NCBI GenBank assembly: GCA_000008885.1
Contig: BA000021.3
Span: 570,001-602,000, forward strand
Source of the DNA: Wigglesworthia glossinidia endosymbiont of Glossina brevipalpis
Lineage (GTDB): Bacteria; Pseudomonadota; Gammaproteobacteria; Enterobacterales; Enterobacteriaceae
Length of the DNA: 32,000 bases
Reading direction: 5' to 3'
Part shown: positions 23,030 through 32,000 of the stretch, piece after piece
Layout of the letters: each line of letters opens with the position of its first letter
Numbering within the stretch: position 1 is the stretch's first letter
The notes under the pieces: generated by a model
Told to the model about the DNA's origin: nothing
Databases searched by the model: none
Seen by the model: the letters and a program-made list of their open reading frames with translations, nothing else
Program-made: the position numbers and the translations under genes

Positions 23030-23827
23030 TTAGTAAAAAATTTTTTTATTATAAAATATTTCTGAAGAATGATTTCTATTTTTTTCTATTATTAGATGAG
23101 CGTATTTTTTAGTAGGCAATATATTTTTAATAAGATTTATTTTATTTACATTTTTCCATATTTTGCTCGCTTTTTCTATTGCTTTTTCTTCAGTTATATT
23201 TAAATAACGAGAAAAATATGAATATGGCTTTGATTTAGATTCTCTTATAAATCCAAGAAAACGATTAATATACCATTCTTCGATAAAACTTTCTTTTGCA
23301 TTAATATAAACATTAAGATCTATTAAATTATATGAATAATTATTATTTAAACAATAATATTTTTTTTTATTTTTTTGAAAAAAATTTAATCCTTCTAATA
23401 TAAGAATGTCTGATTTTAAAATAATTTTTTTTGATTTAATTATATCGTAAAACAAATGAGAATAATTTGGAATTAAATTATAAGATTTACCTAATTTAAA
23501 ATTAATCAAAAATTTTTTTAAAAATTCTATATTATATGACTCTGGAAATCCTTTTTTTTTAATTATTCCTTTTTTTATTAAAATTTTATTACAATATAAA
23601 AATCCATCTAATGACACTAATTGTATATTGAAATTTTTTAGTTGTTTTGTAAGATAATATTTTAAAATCTTAGCTGTTGTACTTTTACCAGATGAAACAC
23701 TTCCAAATATGCTTATTATGTAAGGAATATTATACTTGAATTTTTTTTTATAAATATTGTTTTTTAAAAAAAAATTATCAGAAATAATTTTAGATAAATT
23801 TATATATATATCTCTGTTTATTTTCAT
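23030..23827 (-). CDS. coaA: Pantothenate kinase, N-terminally shortened
   Basis: 265 aa vs 316 in E. coli; IPYIISIFGSVSSGKSTTAKIL, KKGFPESYN, YSHLFYDII, DILILEGLNF, WYINRFLGF, NLIKNILPT. Confidence 0.92.
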   Translation of the reverse strand: MKINRDIYINLSKIISDNFFLKNNIYKKKFKYNIPYIISIFGSVSSGKSTTAKILKYYLTKQLKNFNIQLVSLDGFLYCNKILIKKGIIKKKGFPESYNIEFLKKFLINFKLGKSYNLIPNYSHLFYDIIKSKKIILKSDILILEGLNFFQKNKKKYYCLNNNYSYNLIDLNVYINAKESFIEEWYINRFLGFIRESKSKPYSYFSRYLNITEEKAIEKASKIWKNVNKINLIKNILPTKKYAHLIIEKNRNHSSEIFYNKKIFY

Positions 23828-23946
23828 AAAATATAATAGTATTTTTTAAAAAATAATATAAAAATATAATAGAAAAGTAAATGATATATGATTATTAAAA
23901 TAATTTAAGTATTTTTTATTGTAAAAAATTTATATTAATACTAGAA

Positions 23947-23975
23947 TTGATATTTTAATTTATAAGTAATATAAT
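23947..23975 (+). promoter_or_regulatory. Candidate sigma70 promoter for the thrU-tyrU-glyT-thrT-tufB unit
   Basis: TTGATA (23947-23952), 17-nt spacer, TATAAT (23970-23975), 58 nt upstream of the first tRNA. 11/12 consensus match, tempered by the AT-rich background. Confidence 0.5.
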
Positions 23976-24033
23976 ATCAAAAAATTTTATTATAAATATC
24001 TCAAAAAATAAATAAGTATATTTTTATCAATTA

Positions 24034-24107
24034 GCCGGTATAGCTCAGATGGAAGAGCAACTGACTTGTAATCAGTAGGTCAAAGGTTCAACTCCTTTTG
24101 CCGGCAT
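24034..24107 (+). tRNA. thrU: tRNA-Thr (anticodon TGT)
   Basis: GCCGGTA...TGCCGGC acceptor stem, CTGA-CTTGTAA-TCAG anticodon arm, GGTTCAACTCC T-arm; first of the four-tRNA cluster before tufB. No encoded CCA. Confidence 0.95.
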
Positions 24108-24117
24108 ACAGTTAAAG

Positions 24118-24198
24118 GTGAGGTTCCCGAGCGGCTAAAGGGAGCAGACTGTAAATCTGCCGTCATTGACTTCGAAGGTTCGAATCCTTCCCTCACCA
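24118..24198 (+). tRNA. tyrU: tRNA-Tyr (anticodon GTA)
   Basis: GGTGAGG...CCTCACC acceptor, class II long variable arm, CTGTAAA anticodon loop, near identical to E. coli tyrU. No encoded CCA. Confidence 0.95.
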
Positions 24199-24251
24199 TT
24201 TTTACTAAAAAATCTTTTTTATAACTAATATTAAATGCTAGACTTTAAATA

Positions 24252-24322
<71 letters not shown>

Positions 24323-24339
24323 TAATAATATATTTTAAA

Positions 24340-24412
24340 GCTGATATAGCTCAGCAGGTAGAGCACACCCTTGGTAAGGGTGAGGTCGGCAGTTCAAATC
24401 TGCCTGTCAGCA
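24340..24412 (+). tRNA. thrT: tRNA-Thr (anticodon GGT)
   Basis: GCTGATA...TGTCAGC acceptor, CCTTGGTAAGG anticodon arm, GCAGTTCAAATCTGC T-arm. No encoded CCA. Confidence 0.95.
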
Positions 24413-24569
24413 CTGATCTTCCAAGTTAATAATTTTATTTAATTTTCTAAAAGTAAAAAATTTTCATATTAATTATTAAAATCTTAAAATAAGTAAAAAT
24501 ATTATTCATTTAAAAAAGTTATTATAAATAATAAAAAATAATATAAGACAACTTTATTAGGAAATCATA

Positions 24570-25754
24570 ATGTCTAAAGAAAAATTTCAAAGAATTAAAC
24601 CACATATAAATGTGGGTACAATTGGCCATGTAGATCATGGAAAGACCACATTAACTGCAGCCATAACTAATGTATTAGCAAAAAAATATGGAGGAATTCC
24701 AAAAGCTTTTGATCAAATTGATAATGCTCCAGAAGAAAAAGCTAGAGGTATTACAATAAATACATCTCATGTAGAATATGATACTAAAATAAGACATTAC
24801 GCTCACGTAGATTGTCCAGGCCATGCTGATTATGTAAAAAATATGATTACTGGAGCCGCTCAAATGGATGGAGCTATACTTGTAGTAGCAGCTACAGATG
24901 GTCCGATGCCTCAAACTCGTGAACATATACTTCTTGGAAGGCAAGTTGGAGTTCCATACATAGTAGTGTTTATGAATAAATGCGATATGGTAGATGACGA
25001 AGAACTATTAGAATTAGTAGAAATTGAAATAAGAGAACTATTATCTCAGTATGATTTTCCAGGAGATGAAATCCCAATAATAAGAGGATCAGCTCTAAAA
25101 GCTTTAGAAAAAGATCCTATTTGGATTCAAAAAATAATAGATTTATCTGAACATTTAGATAATTATATTCCAGAACCAAAAAGAATAATTGATCAACCAT
25201 TTCTTTTACCAATAGAAGATGTATTTTCAATATCTGGTAGAGGAACAGTAGTAACTGGTAGAATAGAAAGAGGAACAGTAAAAGTAGGAGAAGAAATAGA
25301 AATTATTGGCATAAAAAATACAGTAAAAACTACATGTACAGGTGTAGAAATGTTTAGAAAACTATTAGATGAAGGAAGAGCTGGAGAAAACGTTGGAATA
25401 TTATTAAGAGGAACAAAACGAGAAGATGTAGAAAGAGGGCAAGTTTTAGCTAAACCAGGATCAATTAAACCTCATACTCAATTTGAATCAGAAGTATATG
25501 TATTAAAAAAAGAAGAAGGAGGTCGTCACACTCCATTTTTTAATGGATATAAACCACAATTTTATTTTCGTACAACAGATGTTACAGGAAGTGTTGAATT
25601 ACAAAAAGGAACAGAAATGGTTATGCCAGGAGATAATGTGAAAATGTTAGTAAAATTAATTTCTCCTATAGCCATGGATGACGGTTTAAGATTTGCAATA
25701 AGAGAAGGTGGAAAAACAGTAGGAGCAGGAATTGTATCTAAAATAATTGTTTGA
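24570..25754 (+). CDS. tufB: Elongation factor Tu
   Basis: 394 aa; [60 protein letters not shown]; follows the tRNA cluster as tufB does in E. coli. Confidence 0.98.
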   Translation: MSKEKFQRIKPHINVGTIGHVDHGKTTLTAAITNVLAKKYGGIPKAFDQIDNAPEEKARGITINTSHVEYDTKIRHYAHVDCPGHADYVKNMITGAAQMDGAILVVAATDGPMPQTREHILLGRQVGVPYIVVFMNKCDMVDDEELLELVEIEIRELLSQYDFPGDEIPIIRGSALKALEKDPIWIQKIIDLSEHLDNYIPEPKRIIDQPFLLPIEDVFSISGRGTVVTGRIERGTVKVGEEIEIIGIKNTVKTTCTGVEMFRKLLDEGRAGENVGILLRGTKREDVERGQVLAKPGSIKPHTQFESEVYVLKKEEGGRHTPFFNGYKPQFYFRTTDVTGSVELQKGTEMVMPGDNVKMLVKLISPIAMDDGLRFAIREGGKTVGAGIVSKIIV

Positions 25755-25774
25755 TTAAATTTTTAATATTAAAA

Positions 25775-26158
25775 ATGAAAAATATACAAAAAAAAAATAA
25801 ATTTAATCCTAAAAAGGATTTTTTTATTTGGGTTTTTGTGGTAGCTTTATTATTTATAGCTTCTTTTTTTAAAGAAATATTTCCTAATCTTAATAAGATA
25901 ATTAAATTTTTAATCATACTTATTATTATAATTTCTATAATTTTTTTATCTTCTATTACAAACAAAGGTAAATACGTTTTAAACTTTATTCAAGAATCTT
26001 TGAAAGAAATAAAAAAAGTAGCATGGCCTTCTTTGCAAGAAACTCTTCAAACTACATTAATAGTTTCTTTAGTAACCGTAATAATGTCGCTTTTGCTATG
26101 GGGATTAGATAGCTTATTAATTCGAGCAATATCTTTTATAACTAGTTTGAGGTTTTAA
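25775..26158 (+). CDS. secE: Preprotein translocase subunit SecE
   Basis: 127 aa from ATG 25775 (same length as E. coli); [46 protein letters not shown]. Track start 25751 is an upstream non-ATG extension. Confidence 0.94.
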   Translation: MKNIQKKNKFNPKKDFFIWVFVVALLFIASFFKEIFPNLNKIIKFLIILIIIISIIFLSSITNKGKYVLNFIQESLKEIKKVAWPSLQETLQTTLIVSLVTVIMSLLLWGLDSLLIRAISFITSLRF

Positions 26159-26159
26159 T

Positions 26160-26705
26160 ATGTCTGAAACTCATAAAAAAAGATGGTATGTTGTTCAAGC
26201 ATTTTCTGGATTTGAATCTAAGGTAGCTCAATCTTTAAAAGAGCATACAAAATTATATAAAATGGAACATTTCTTCGGTGAAGTTATGATACCAACAGAA
26301 GAAATATTAGAGATACGTCATGGAAAAAGAAAAAAAAGTGAAAGAAAATTTTTTCCAGGATACGTATTAATTCATATGGTTATGAACGATTCAAGCTGGT
26401 ATTTAGTAAAAAATATTCCTAAAGTAATGGGTTTCGTAGGTGGTACATCAGATAAACCGGCTCCAATTAGCGATAAAGAAATAGAATATATAGTAAAAAG
26501 ATTGCAAAAAATAGGAAATAAACCAAGACCAAAAACTTTATTTGAACCAGGGGAATTAGTTAGAGTAAAAGATGGTCCATTTTCTGATTTTAATGGAGTA
26601 GTAGAAGAAGTAGATTATGAAAAAAATAGATTAAAAGTATCTGTTTTAATATTTGGAAGAGCTACTCCAGTTGAGCTTGATTTCAGTCAATTAGAAAAAA
26701 ATTAG
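26160..26705 (+). CDS. nusG: Transcription termination/antitermination factor NusG
   Basis: 181 aa; [49 protein letters not shown] (KOW). Confidence 0.97.
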   Translation: MSETHKKRWYVVQAFSGFESKVAQSLKEHTKLYKMEHFFGEVMIPTEEILEIRHGKRKKSERKFFPGYVLIHMVMNDSSWYLVKNIPKVMGFVGGTSDKPAPISDKEIEYIVKRLQKIGNKPRPKTLFEPGELVRVKDGPFSDFNGVVEEVDYEKNRLKVSVLIFGRATPVELDFSQLEKN

Positions 26706-26750
26706 TTATTTTGTATAATTTATAAAATAAAATATGGAGAAATTTAATAA

Positions 26751-27179
26751 ATGACAAAAAAAATAAAAGCATATGTAAAATTACAAATTAAAGCTGGGTC
26801 TGCAAATCCTAGCCCTCCTATAGGACCAGCTCTTGGGCAACAAGGAGTTAACATTATAGAATTTTGTAAATCCTTTAACGCAAAAACAAATAAAATAGAT
26901 AAGGATACACCTATACCTGTAATTATATCTGTATATAATGATCGCACTTTTTCTTTCATAACAAAAACTCCTCCTACCGCTTTCTTTCTAAAACAAGCAG
27001 CTAATATAAAATCTGGATCTGATAATCCTAAAAACAAAAAAATTGGTAAAATATCTATTTTTAAAATCAATGAAATTGCAAAAAAAAAATCTCCAGATAT
27101 GACAGGAAGCACATTAAATAGTATTTCAAAATCTATTATTGGAACAGCTAAGTCTATGGGATTATCTATAGAGGATTAA
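26751..27179 (+). CDS. rplK: 50S ribosomal protein L11
   Basis: 142 aa; [39 protein letters not shown]. Confidence 0.97.
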
Positions 27180-27180
27180 T

Positions 27181-27909
27181 ATGTCTAAAATGACGAAAAA
27201 AATGAAAAAAATTTGTGAAATTAAATCTTCTTTGAAAGATTATAAATTTAATAATTTAATTTCTATTTTAAATTCTTTTCCAAAAGCCAAGTTTAATGAA
27301 AATATAGATGTTGCAATAAATTTAAGAATTAATACAAAAAAATCTGATCAAAATATTAGAGGATCGATAATTCTTCCCAACTCTATTAAAAAGGAAAAAT
27401 ATATTGTTGTTTTTGCAAGCGGAGAGGATAAAAAAAATGCTTATGAAGCTGGAGCAAATTTAGCAGGTATGGAAGAAGTATCAGATAAAATAAAAAATAA
27501 TAAAAAATTAAAAATAGATCATGTTATTTCTACTCCAGAGGCAATGCCTATTGTTGAAAAATTAGGATCTATACTTGGCCCTAAAGGGCTCATGCCTAAT
27601 CCAAAGCTTGGAACCATTACAAAAGACATAAAAAATGAAATAAAAAAAATAAAAAGTGGACAATTAAACTATAAAAATGATAAATATGGAATAATACATA
27701 CTACTATAGGAAAGATTAATTTTAATAATTTAGAATTAAAAATTAATTTGTTATATTTTTTAAATCATTTAGTTAAAACAAAACCTACTAATTTAAAAGG
27801 AGTTTTTATTAAAAAAGTTAGTTTATCTACTACAATGGGAGGGAGTGTTATTATTAACCACAATGAATTTTTGCAAGAAAATAATATATCAGATAATATT
27901 AAAAAATAA
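27181..27909 (+). CDS. rplA: 50S ribosomal protein L1
   Basis: 242 aa; STPEAMPIVEKLGSILGPKGLMPNPKLGTIT signature, immediately downstream of rplK. Confidence 0.96.
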   Translation: MSKMTKKMKKICEIKSSLKDYKFNNLISILNSFPKAKFNENIDVAINLRINTKKSDQNIRGSIILPNSIKKEKYIVVFASGEDKKNAYEAGANLAGMEEVSDKIKNNKKLKIDHVISTPEAMPIVEKLGSILGPKGLMPNPKLGTITKDIKNEIKKIKSGQLNYKNDKYGIIHTTIGKINFNNLELKINLLYFLNHLVKTKPTNLKGVFIKKVSLSTTMGGSVIINHNEFLQENNISDNIKK

Positions 27910-27998
27910 TTTTAAAAATTAAATTTTAATAATAAATAAATCATAATTTTTTGATAAAAATGAAAAAATTTTTAATTTTATATTAAAGGTGTAATATT

Positions 27999-28484
27999 GT
28001 GTTAAATAGAAAAAATAAAGAAAATATTATTTCTAAAATTAATAAAATTACTAAATCTTCTTTATCTATTTTGATTGTTGATCCTACTGGAATAACTTCA
28101 AATCAAATGAATAATTTGAGAAAATCTAGCAGAAAACTAAATGTAAACATAAAACAAGTAAGAAATACTTTAATGCGTTTTGCAATAGTGGATACTGAAT
28201 TTGATTGTTTAGAAAAATACATAAAAGGATCTAATTTAATTGCTTTTTCTCATTCGCACCCTGGATCTGCTGCTAGAATATTTAAAAATTTTACAAAAGA
28301 AAATAATAAAATTAAAATAAAACTTGCAGTATTTGAAAGAAAAATTATAACAGATTCTAATATTGATTATTTAGCAAATTTACCAACACATGAAGAATCT
28401 GTAATTAATTTTATCAATATTATTCAAGAAGCATCTATTAAAAAGTTAATAAGAATTTTAATTCTAATAAATAATAATAAATAA
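27999..28484 (+). CDS. rplJ: 50S ribosomal protein L10
   Basis: 161 aa, GTG start preceded by AAAGG; NVNIKQVRNTLMRFAI, LIAFSHSHPGSAARIFKNF. Confidence 0.94.
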   Translation: MLNRKNKENIISKINKITKSSLSILIVDPTGITSNQMNNLRKSSRKLNVNIKQVRNTLMRFAIVDTEFDCLEKYIKGSNLIAFSHSHPGSAARIFKNFTKENNKIKIKLAVFERKIITDSNIDYLANLPTHEESVINFINIIQEASIKKLIRILILINNNK

Positions 28485-28523
28485 TTCTTATAAAAAATAA
28501 GAAAATATTTTAGGAGCATTCAA

Positions 28524-28895
28524 ATGTCAATAAATAAACAACAAATATTAGATGCAGTTTCTGAAATGTCAGTATTAGAAATTTCAGAATTAGTTTCTAT
28601 GATGGAAAAAAAATTTGGAGTATCTTCTATTAATAATAATAATATTAATGTTAATAAAGTTGATGAATCTGTAGAAGAAAAATCTGAATTTGATGTTCTA
28701 TTATTAGAAATTGGTAAAAATAAAATTTCTGTTATTAAATCTGTTAGATCCGCTTTAAGTCTAGGTTTAAAAGAATCAAAAGATTTAATAGAATCCGAAC
28801 TCCCAATAACATTAAAAACAGGATTAAATAAAAAAGATGCAGAGTCTTTGAAAAAAGAAATAGAAACCTCAGGAGCCCGAATTGAATTAAAATAA
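28524..28895 (+). CDS. rplL: 50S ribosomal protein L7/L12
   Basis: 123 aa; AVSEMSVLEISELVSMMEKKFGVS, EKSEFDVLLLEIGKNKISVIKSVR, GLKESKDLIE. Confidence 0.96.
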   Translation: MSINKQQILDAVSEMSVLEISELVSMMEKKFGVSSINNNNINVNKVDESVEEKSEFDVLLLEIGKNKISVIKSVRSALSLGLKESKDLIESELPITLKTGLNKKDAESLKKEIETSGARIELK

Positions 28896-28914
28896 ATATT
28901 TATGTTATTAATTA

Positions 28915-28962
28915 TGGATTTAAAAATCCAATAGCTGGTGAAATAACACCAGCTTCTTTTTT
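28915..28962 (+). terminator. rplL-rpoB intercistronic attenuator: tandem hairpins with U-tract
   Basis: Hairpin 1 TGGATTT (28915-28921)/AAATCCA (28924-28930); hairpin 2 AGCTGGTG (28933-28940)/CACCAGCT (28947-28954) followed by TCTTTTTT. Position matches the E. coli rplL-rpoB attenuator. Confidence 0.75.
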
Positions 28963-29100
28963 ATAAAAAAAATTAAAATATTTATTTATAATAAAATATT
29001 AAAATTTTATATTATCTAATAATAATATTAATTTTTTTAATCAATTAAATATTAATTGATATAATCATACATTTTAAATTTTTTATTTATCGGTGAAACT

Positions 29101-32000
29101 ATGGTTTATTCTTATACGGAAAGAAAAAGAATTAGGAAAGACTTTGGAAAACGTCCGCAAGTTTTAGATATACCATATTTACTTGCTATACAAATTAATT
29201 CATTTAAAAAATTTATAGAAAAAGATCCAGAAGGTTTGTATGGATTAGAAGCAGCATTTAAATCCATTTTTCCTATTAAAAGTTATAGTGGAAATGCAGA
29301 ATTAAAATATATAAGTTATAGACTTGGATGTTCTGTTTTTAATGTAAAAGAATGCCAAACAAGAGGAACAACTTTTTCTGCTCCTTTAAGAGTAATATTA
29401 CAATTAATAATTTATTGCGATGAATCAAAACATGTTGTAAAAAATATTAAAGAACAAGAAGTATATATGGGAGAAATTCCATTAATGACAGATAATGGAA
29501 CATTTATAATAAATGGAACAGAAAGAGTTGTAGTTTCTCAATTGCATCGTAGTCCAGGTGTATTTTTTGACAGTGATAAGGGTAAAACCCACTCTTCTGG
29601 AAAGGTATTGTATAATGCAAGAATTATCCCATATAGAGGATCTTGGTTAGATTTTGAATTTGATGCAAAAGATCATTTATTTATTAGAATTGATAGAAGA
29701 AGAAAATTACCTGTAACAGTTCTTTTAAAAGCGTTAAATTTTAGTGATGGTGAAATTTTAAATATATTTTTTGAAAAGGTTAATTTTTTTATTAGAAAAA
29801 AAAATTTATTAATGGAATTGATACCAAAAAGATTAAGAGGAGAAACAGCTCTATTTGATATATGTGAAAATGGAATAACATATATAAAAAAGGGTCGTAG
29901 AATAACTGCAAAACATATTAGAAATCTAGAAAATGATAAAATATCTCAAATAACAGTTCCATTTGAATATATTATAGGAAAAGTTTCTGCTAAAAATTAT
30001 TTTGACAAAAAAACAGAAAAACCAATTATTACAGCGAATACAGAACTTACTGTAGACTTAATGCTTAATTTATTTAAATCTGGATATAAAAGCATCGAGA
30101 CTTTGTTTACAAATGATTTAGATCATGGATCATATATCTCAGAAACATTAAGAATTGATTCTACTACAGATAAAACTAGTGCTTTAATAGAAATATATCG
30201 TATGATGAGACCAGGAGAGCCTCCTACTAAAGAGGCTGCAGAAAATTTATTTTATAATTTATTCTTCTCAGAAGATAGATATGATTTGTCTTCTGTAGGA
30301 AGAATGAAATTTAACAAATCTTTATCAATAAATTCATCTGAAGGTTCAAGTTTATTGGATAAATTTGATATCATAGAAGTAACAAAAAAATTGATAGATA
30401 TAAGAAATGGTAAAGGAGACGTAGATGACATTGATCATCTAGGAAATAGAAGAATTAGATCAGTAGGAGAGATGGCTGAGAATCAATTCAGAATAGGATT
30501 AGTTAGAGTGGAACGTGCAGTTAAAGAAAGGTTATCTTTAGGAGATCTAGATACAATAATGCCACAAGACATGATTAATGCTAAGCCCATTTCAGCTGCA
30601 GTAAAAGAATTCTTTGGATCTAGTCAATTGTCACAATTCATGGATCAAAATAATCCATTATCAGAAATTACTCATAAACGTCGAATATCGGCTCTAGGTC
30701 CTGGAGGATTAACTAGAGAAAGAGCTGGTTTTGAAGTAAGAGATGTGCATCCTACACATTATGGTAGAGTATGTCCAATAGAAACTCCAGAAGGTCCAAA
30801 TATTGGATTAATCAATTCTCTATCTGTTTATGCTAGAACAAATGAATATGGTTTTTTAGAAACTCCATACAGATGTGTTTTAAATGGAATAGTGACTAAC
30901 AATATACATTATCTATCTGCGATAGAAGAAGGAAAATTTATTATAGCTCAAGCAAATACTAACTTGGATAAAAATGGATATTTTATAAATGAATTTGTTA
31001 CTTGTAGAAACAAAGGAGAATCAAGTTTATTCAACAGAAATCAAGTAAATTATATGGATGTATCTACTCAACAAATAGTTTCAGTTGGAGCATCTTTAAT
31101 TCCTTTTTTAGAACATGATGATGCAAATAGAGCTTTAATGGGAGCTAATATGCAAAGACAAGCAGTTCCAACTTTAATGACAGAAAAACCATTGATAGGA
31201 ACTGGTATGGAAAGAGCAGTAGCAGTAGATTCTGGTGTAACTGCAGTAGCAAAAAGAGGGGGAATAGTTCAATTTTTAGATTCATCCAAAATAATAATAA
31301 AGGTCAACCAAGAAGAAATAATAAAAGAAAAAATAGGGATAGATATTTACCATTTAACAAAATATGTTAGATCAAATCAAAATACATGCATAAATCAAAC
31401 ACCTTGTGTATGCTTAAATGATGTAGTAGAACGTGGAGACGTTTTAGCAGACGGTCCATCTACTGATTTAGGAGAGCTAGCCTTAGGTCAAAATATGAGA
31501 ATAGCATTTATGCCGTGGAATGGATATAATTTTGAAGATTCTATGTTAGTTTCCGAAAAAGTTGTTCATGAAGATAGATTTACAACAATACATATTCAAG
31601 AATTAGCCTGTATGTCTAGAGATACCAAATTAGGATCAGAAGAAATAACCTCAGATATTCCAAATGTAAGTGAAACTTCTTTGTTGAAATTAGATGAATC
31701 TGGAATTGTTTATATTGGAGCAGAAGTAAAAGGAGGAGATATATTGGTAGGAAAAGTTACTCCTAAAGGCGAAACTCAATTAACTCCAGAAGAAAAATTA
31801 TTACGAGCTATTTTTGGAGAAAAAGCTTCAGATGTAAAAGACTCATCATTAAGAGTCCCAAATGGAGTTTCAGGAACAGTTATAGATGTAGAAATATTCA
31901 CTAGAGATGGAGTTAAAAAAGATAAAAGAGCTTTAGAGATTGAGTATATGCAAATCAAAGAAGCAAAAAAAGATATATATGAAGAACTAGAAATTTTTAA
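29101..32000 (+). CDS. rpoB: DNA-directed RNA polymerase subunit beta, 3' end beyond the window
   Basis: [28 protein letters not shown] start; [53 protein letters not shown]; open through base 32000. Confidence 0.98.
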   Translation, partial: MVYSYTERKRIRKDFGKRPQVLDIPYLLAIQINSFKKFIEKDPEGLYGLEAAFKSIFPIKSYSGNAELKYISYRLGCSVFNVKECQTRGTTFSAPLRVILQLIIYCDESKHVVKNIKEQEVYMGEIPLMTDNGTFIINGTERVVVSQLHRSPGVFFDSDKGKTHSSGKVLYNARIIPYRGSWLDFEFDAKDHLFIRIDRRRKLPVTVLLKALNFSDGEILNIFFEKVNFFIRKKNLLMELIPKRLRGETALFDICENGITYIKKGRRITAKHIRNLENDKISQITVPFEYIIGKVSAKNYFDKKTEKPIITANTELTVDLMLNLFKSGYKSIETLFTNDLDHGSYISETLRIDSTTDKTSALIEIYRMMRPGEPPTKEAAENLFYNLFFSEDRYDLSSVGRMKFNKSLSINSSEGSSLLDKFDIIEVTKKLIDIRNGKGDVDDIDHLGNRRIRSVGEMAENQFRIGLVRVERAVKERLSLGDLDTIMPQDMINAKPISAAVKEFFGSSQLSQFMDQNNPLSEITHKRRISALGPGGLTRERAGFEVRDVHPTHYGRVCPIETPEGPNIGLINSLSVYARTNEYGFLETPYRCVLNGIVTNNIHYLSAIEEGKFIIAQANTNLDKNGYFINEFVTCRNKGESSLFNRNQVNYMDVSTQQIVSVGASLIPFLEHDDANRALMGANMQRQAVPTLMTEKPLIGTGMERAVAVDSGVTAVAKRGGIVQFLDSSKIIIKVNQEEIIKEKIGIDIYHLTKYVRSNQNTCINQTPCVCLNDVVERGDVLADGPSTDLGELALGQNMRIAFMPWNGYNFEDSMLVSEKVVHEDRFTTIHIQELACMSRDTKLGSEEITSDIPNVSETSLLKLDESGIVYIGAEVKGGDILVGKVTPKGETQLTPEEKLLRAIFGEKASDVKDSSLRVPNGVSGTVIDVEIFTRDGVKKDKRALEIEYMQIKEAKKDIYEELEIF

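Noticed and set aside
24675-24944. Minus-strand ORF of 89 aa antisense to tufB
   Set aside because: Antisense of highly conserved EF-Tu sequence.
25738-25965. Minus-strand 75-aa ORF antisense to secE
   Set aside because: Antisense of secE, low complexity.
26744-27112. Minus-strand ORF of 122 aa antisense to rplK
   Set aside because: Mirrors the conserved L11 coding sequence; hydrophobic composition expected from antisense translation.
30520-30760. Rifampicin-resistance changes in rpoB
   Set aside because: The cluster I region [33 protein letters not shown] matches the wild-type sensitive sequence.
31776-31958. Minus-strand ORF of 60 aa inside rpoB
   Set aside because: Antisense to the conserved RNA polymerase beta coding sequence; no independent evidence.

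Overview
Very AT-rich, gene-dense chromosomal window. Every confident ORF has a clear Escherichia coli-type orthologue, and the gene blocks are collinear with enterobacterial blocks: trkA-fmt-def-tsaC, dnaB-ssb region, thiCEFSGH, hemE, hupA, purHD, murB-birA, coaA, thrU-tyrU-glyT-thrT, tufB-secE-nusG-rplKAJL-rpoB. Short proteins, lost neighbours (e.g. rsmB between trkA and fmt) and AT-only spacers suggest a reduced-genome gammaproteobacterial insect endosymbiont that keeps thiamine, purine and heme steps (inference; exact taxon not claimed). I found no mobile elements, CRISPR arrays, phage genes, rRNA genes or accessory/defence islands, and I do not see a novel biological system. The most notable signals are: (1) an in-frame TGA in thiF, replacing a conserved Trp codon, with an intact and conserved downstream half; (2) a birA lacking its C-terminal domain and a coaA lacking its N-terminal region; (3) four tRNAs without genome-encoded 3' CCA; (4) a retained rplL-rpoB hairpin and a hupA/purD bidirectional terminator in an otherwise hairpin-poor sequence; (5) no recognisable TPP riboswitch upstream of thiC.
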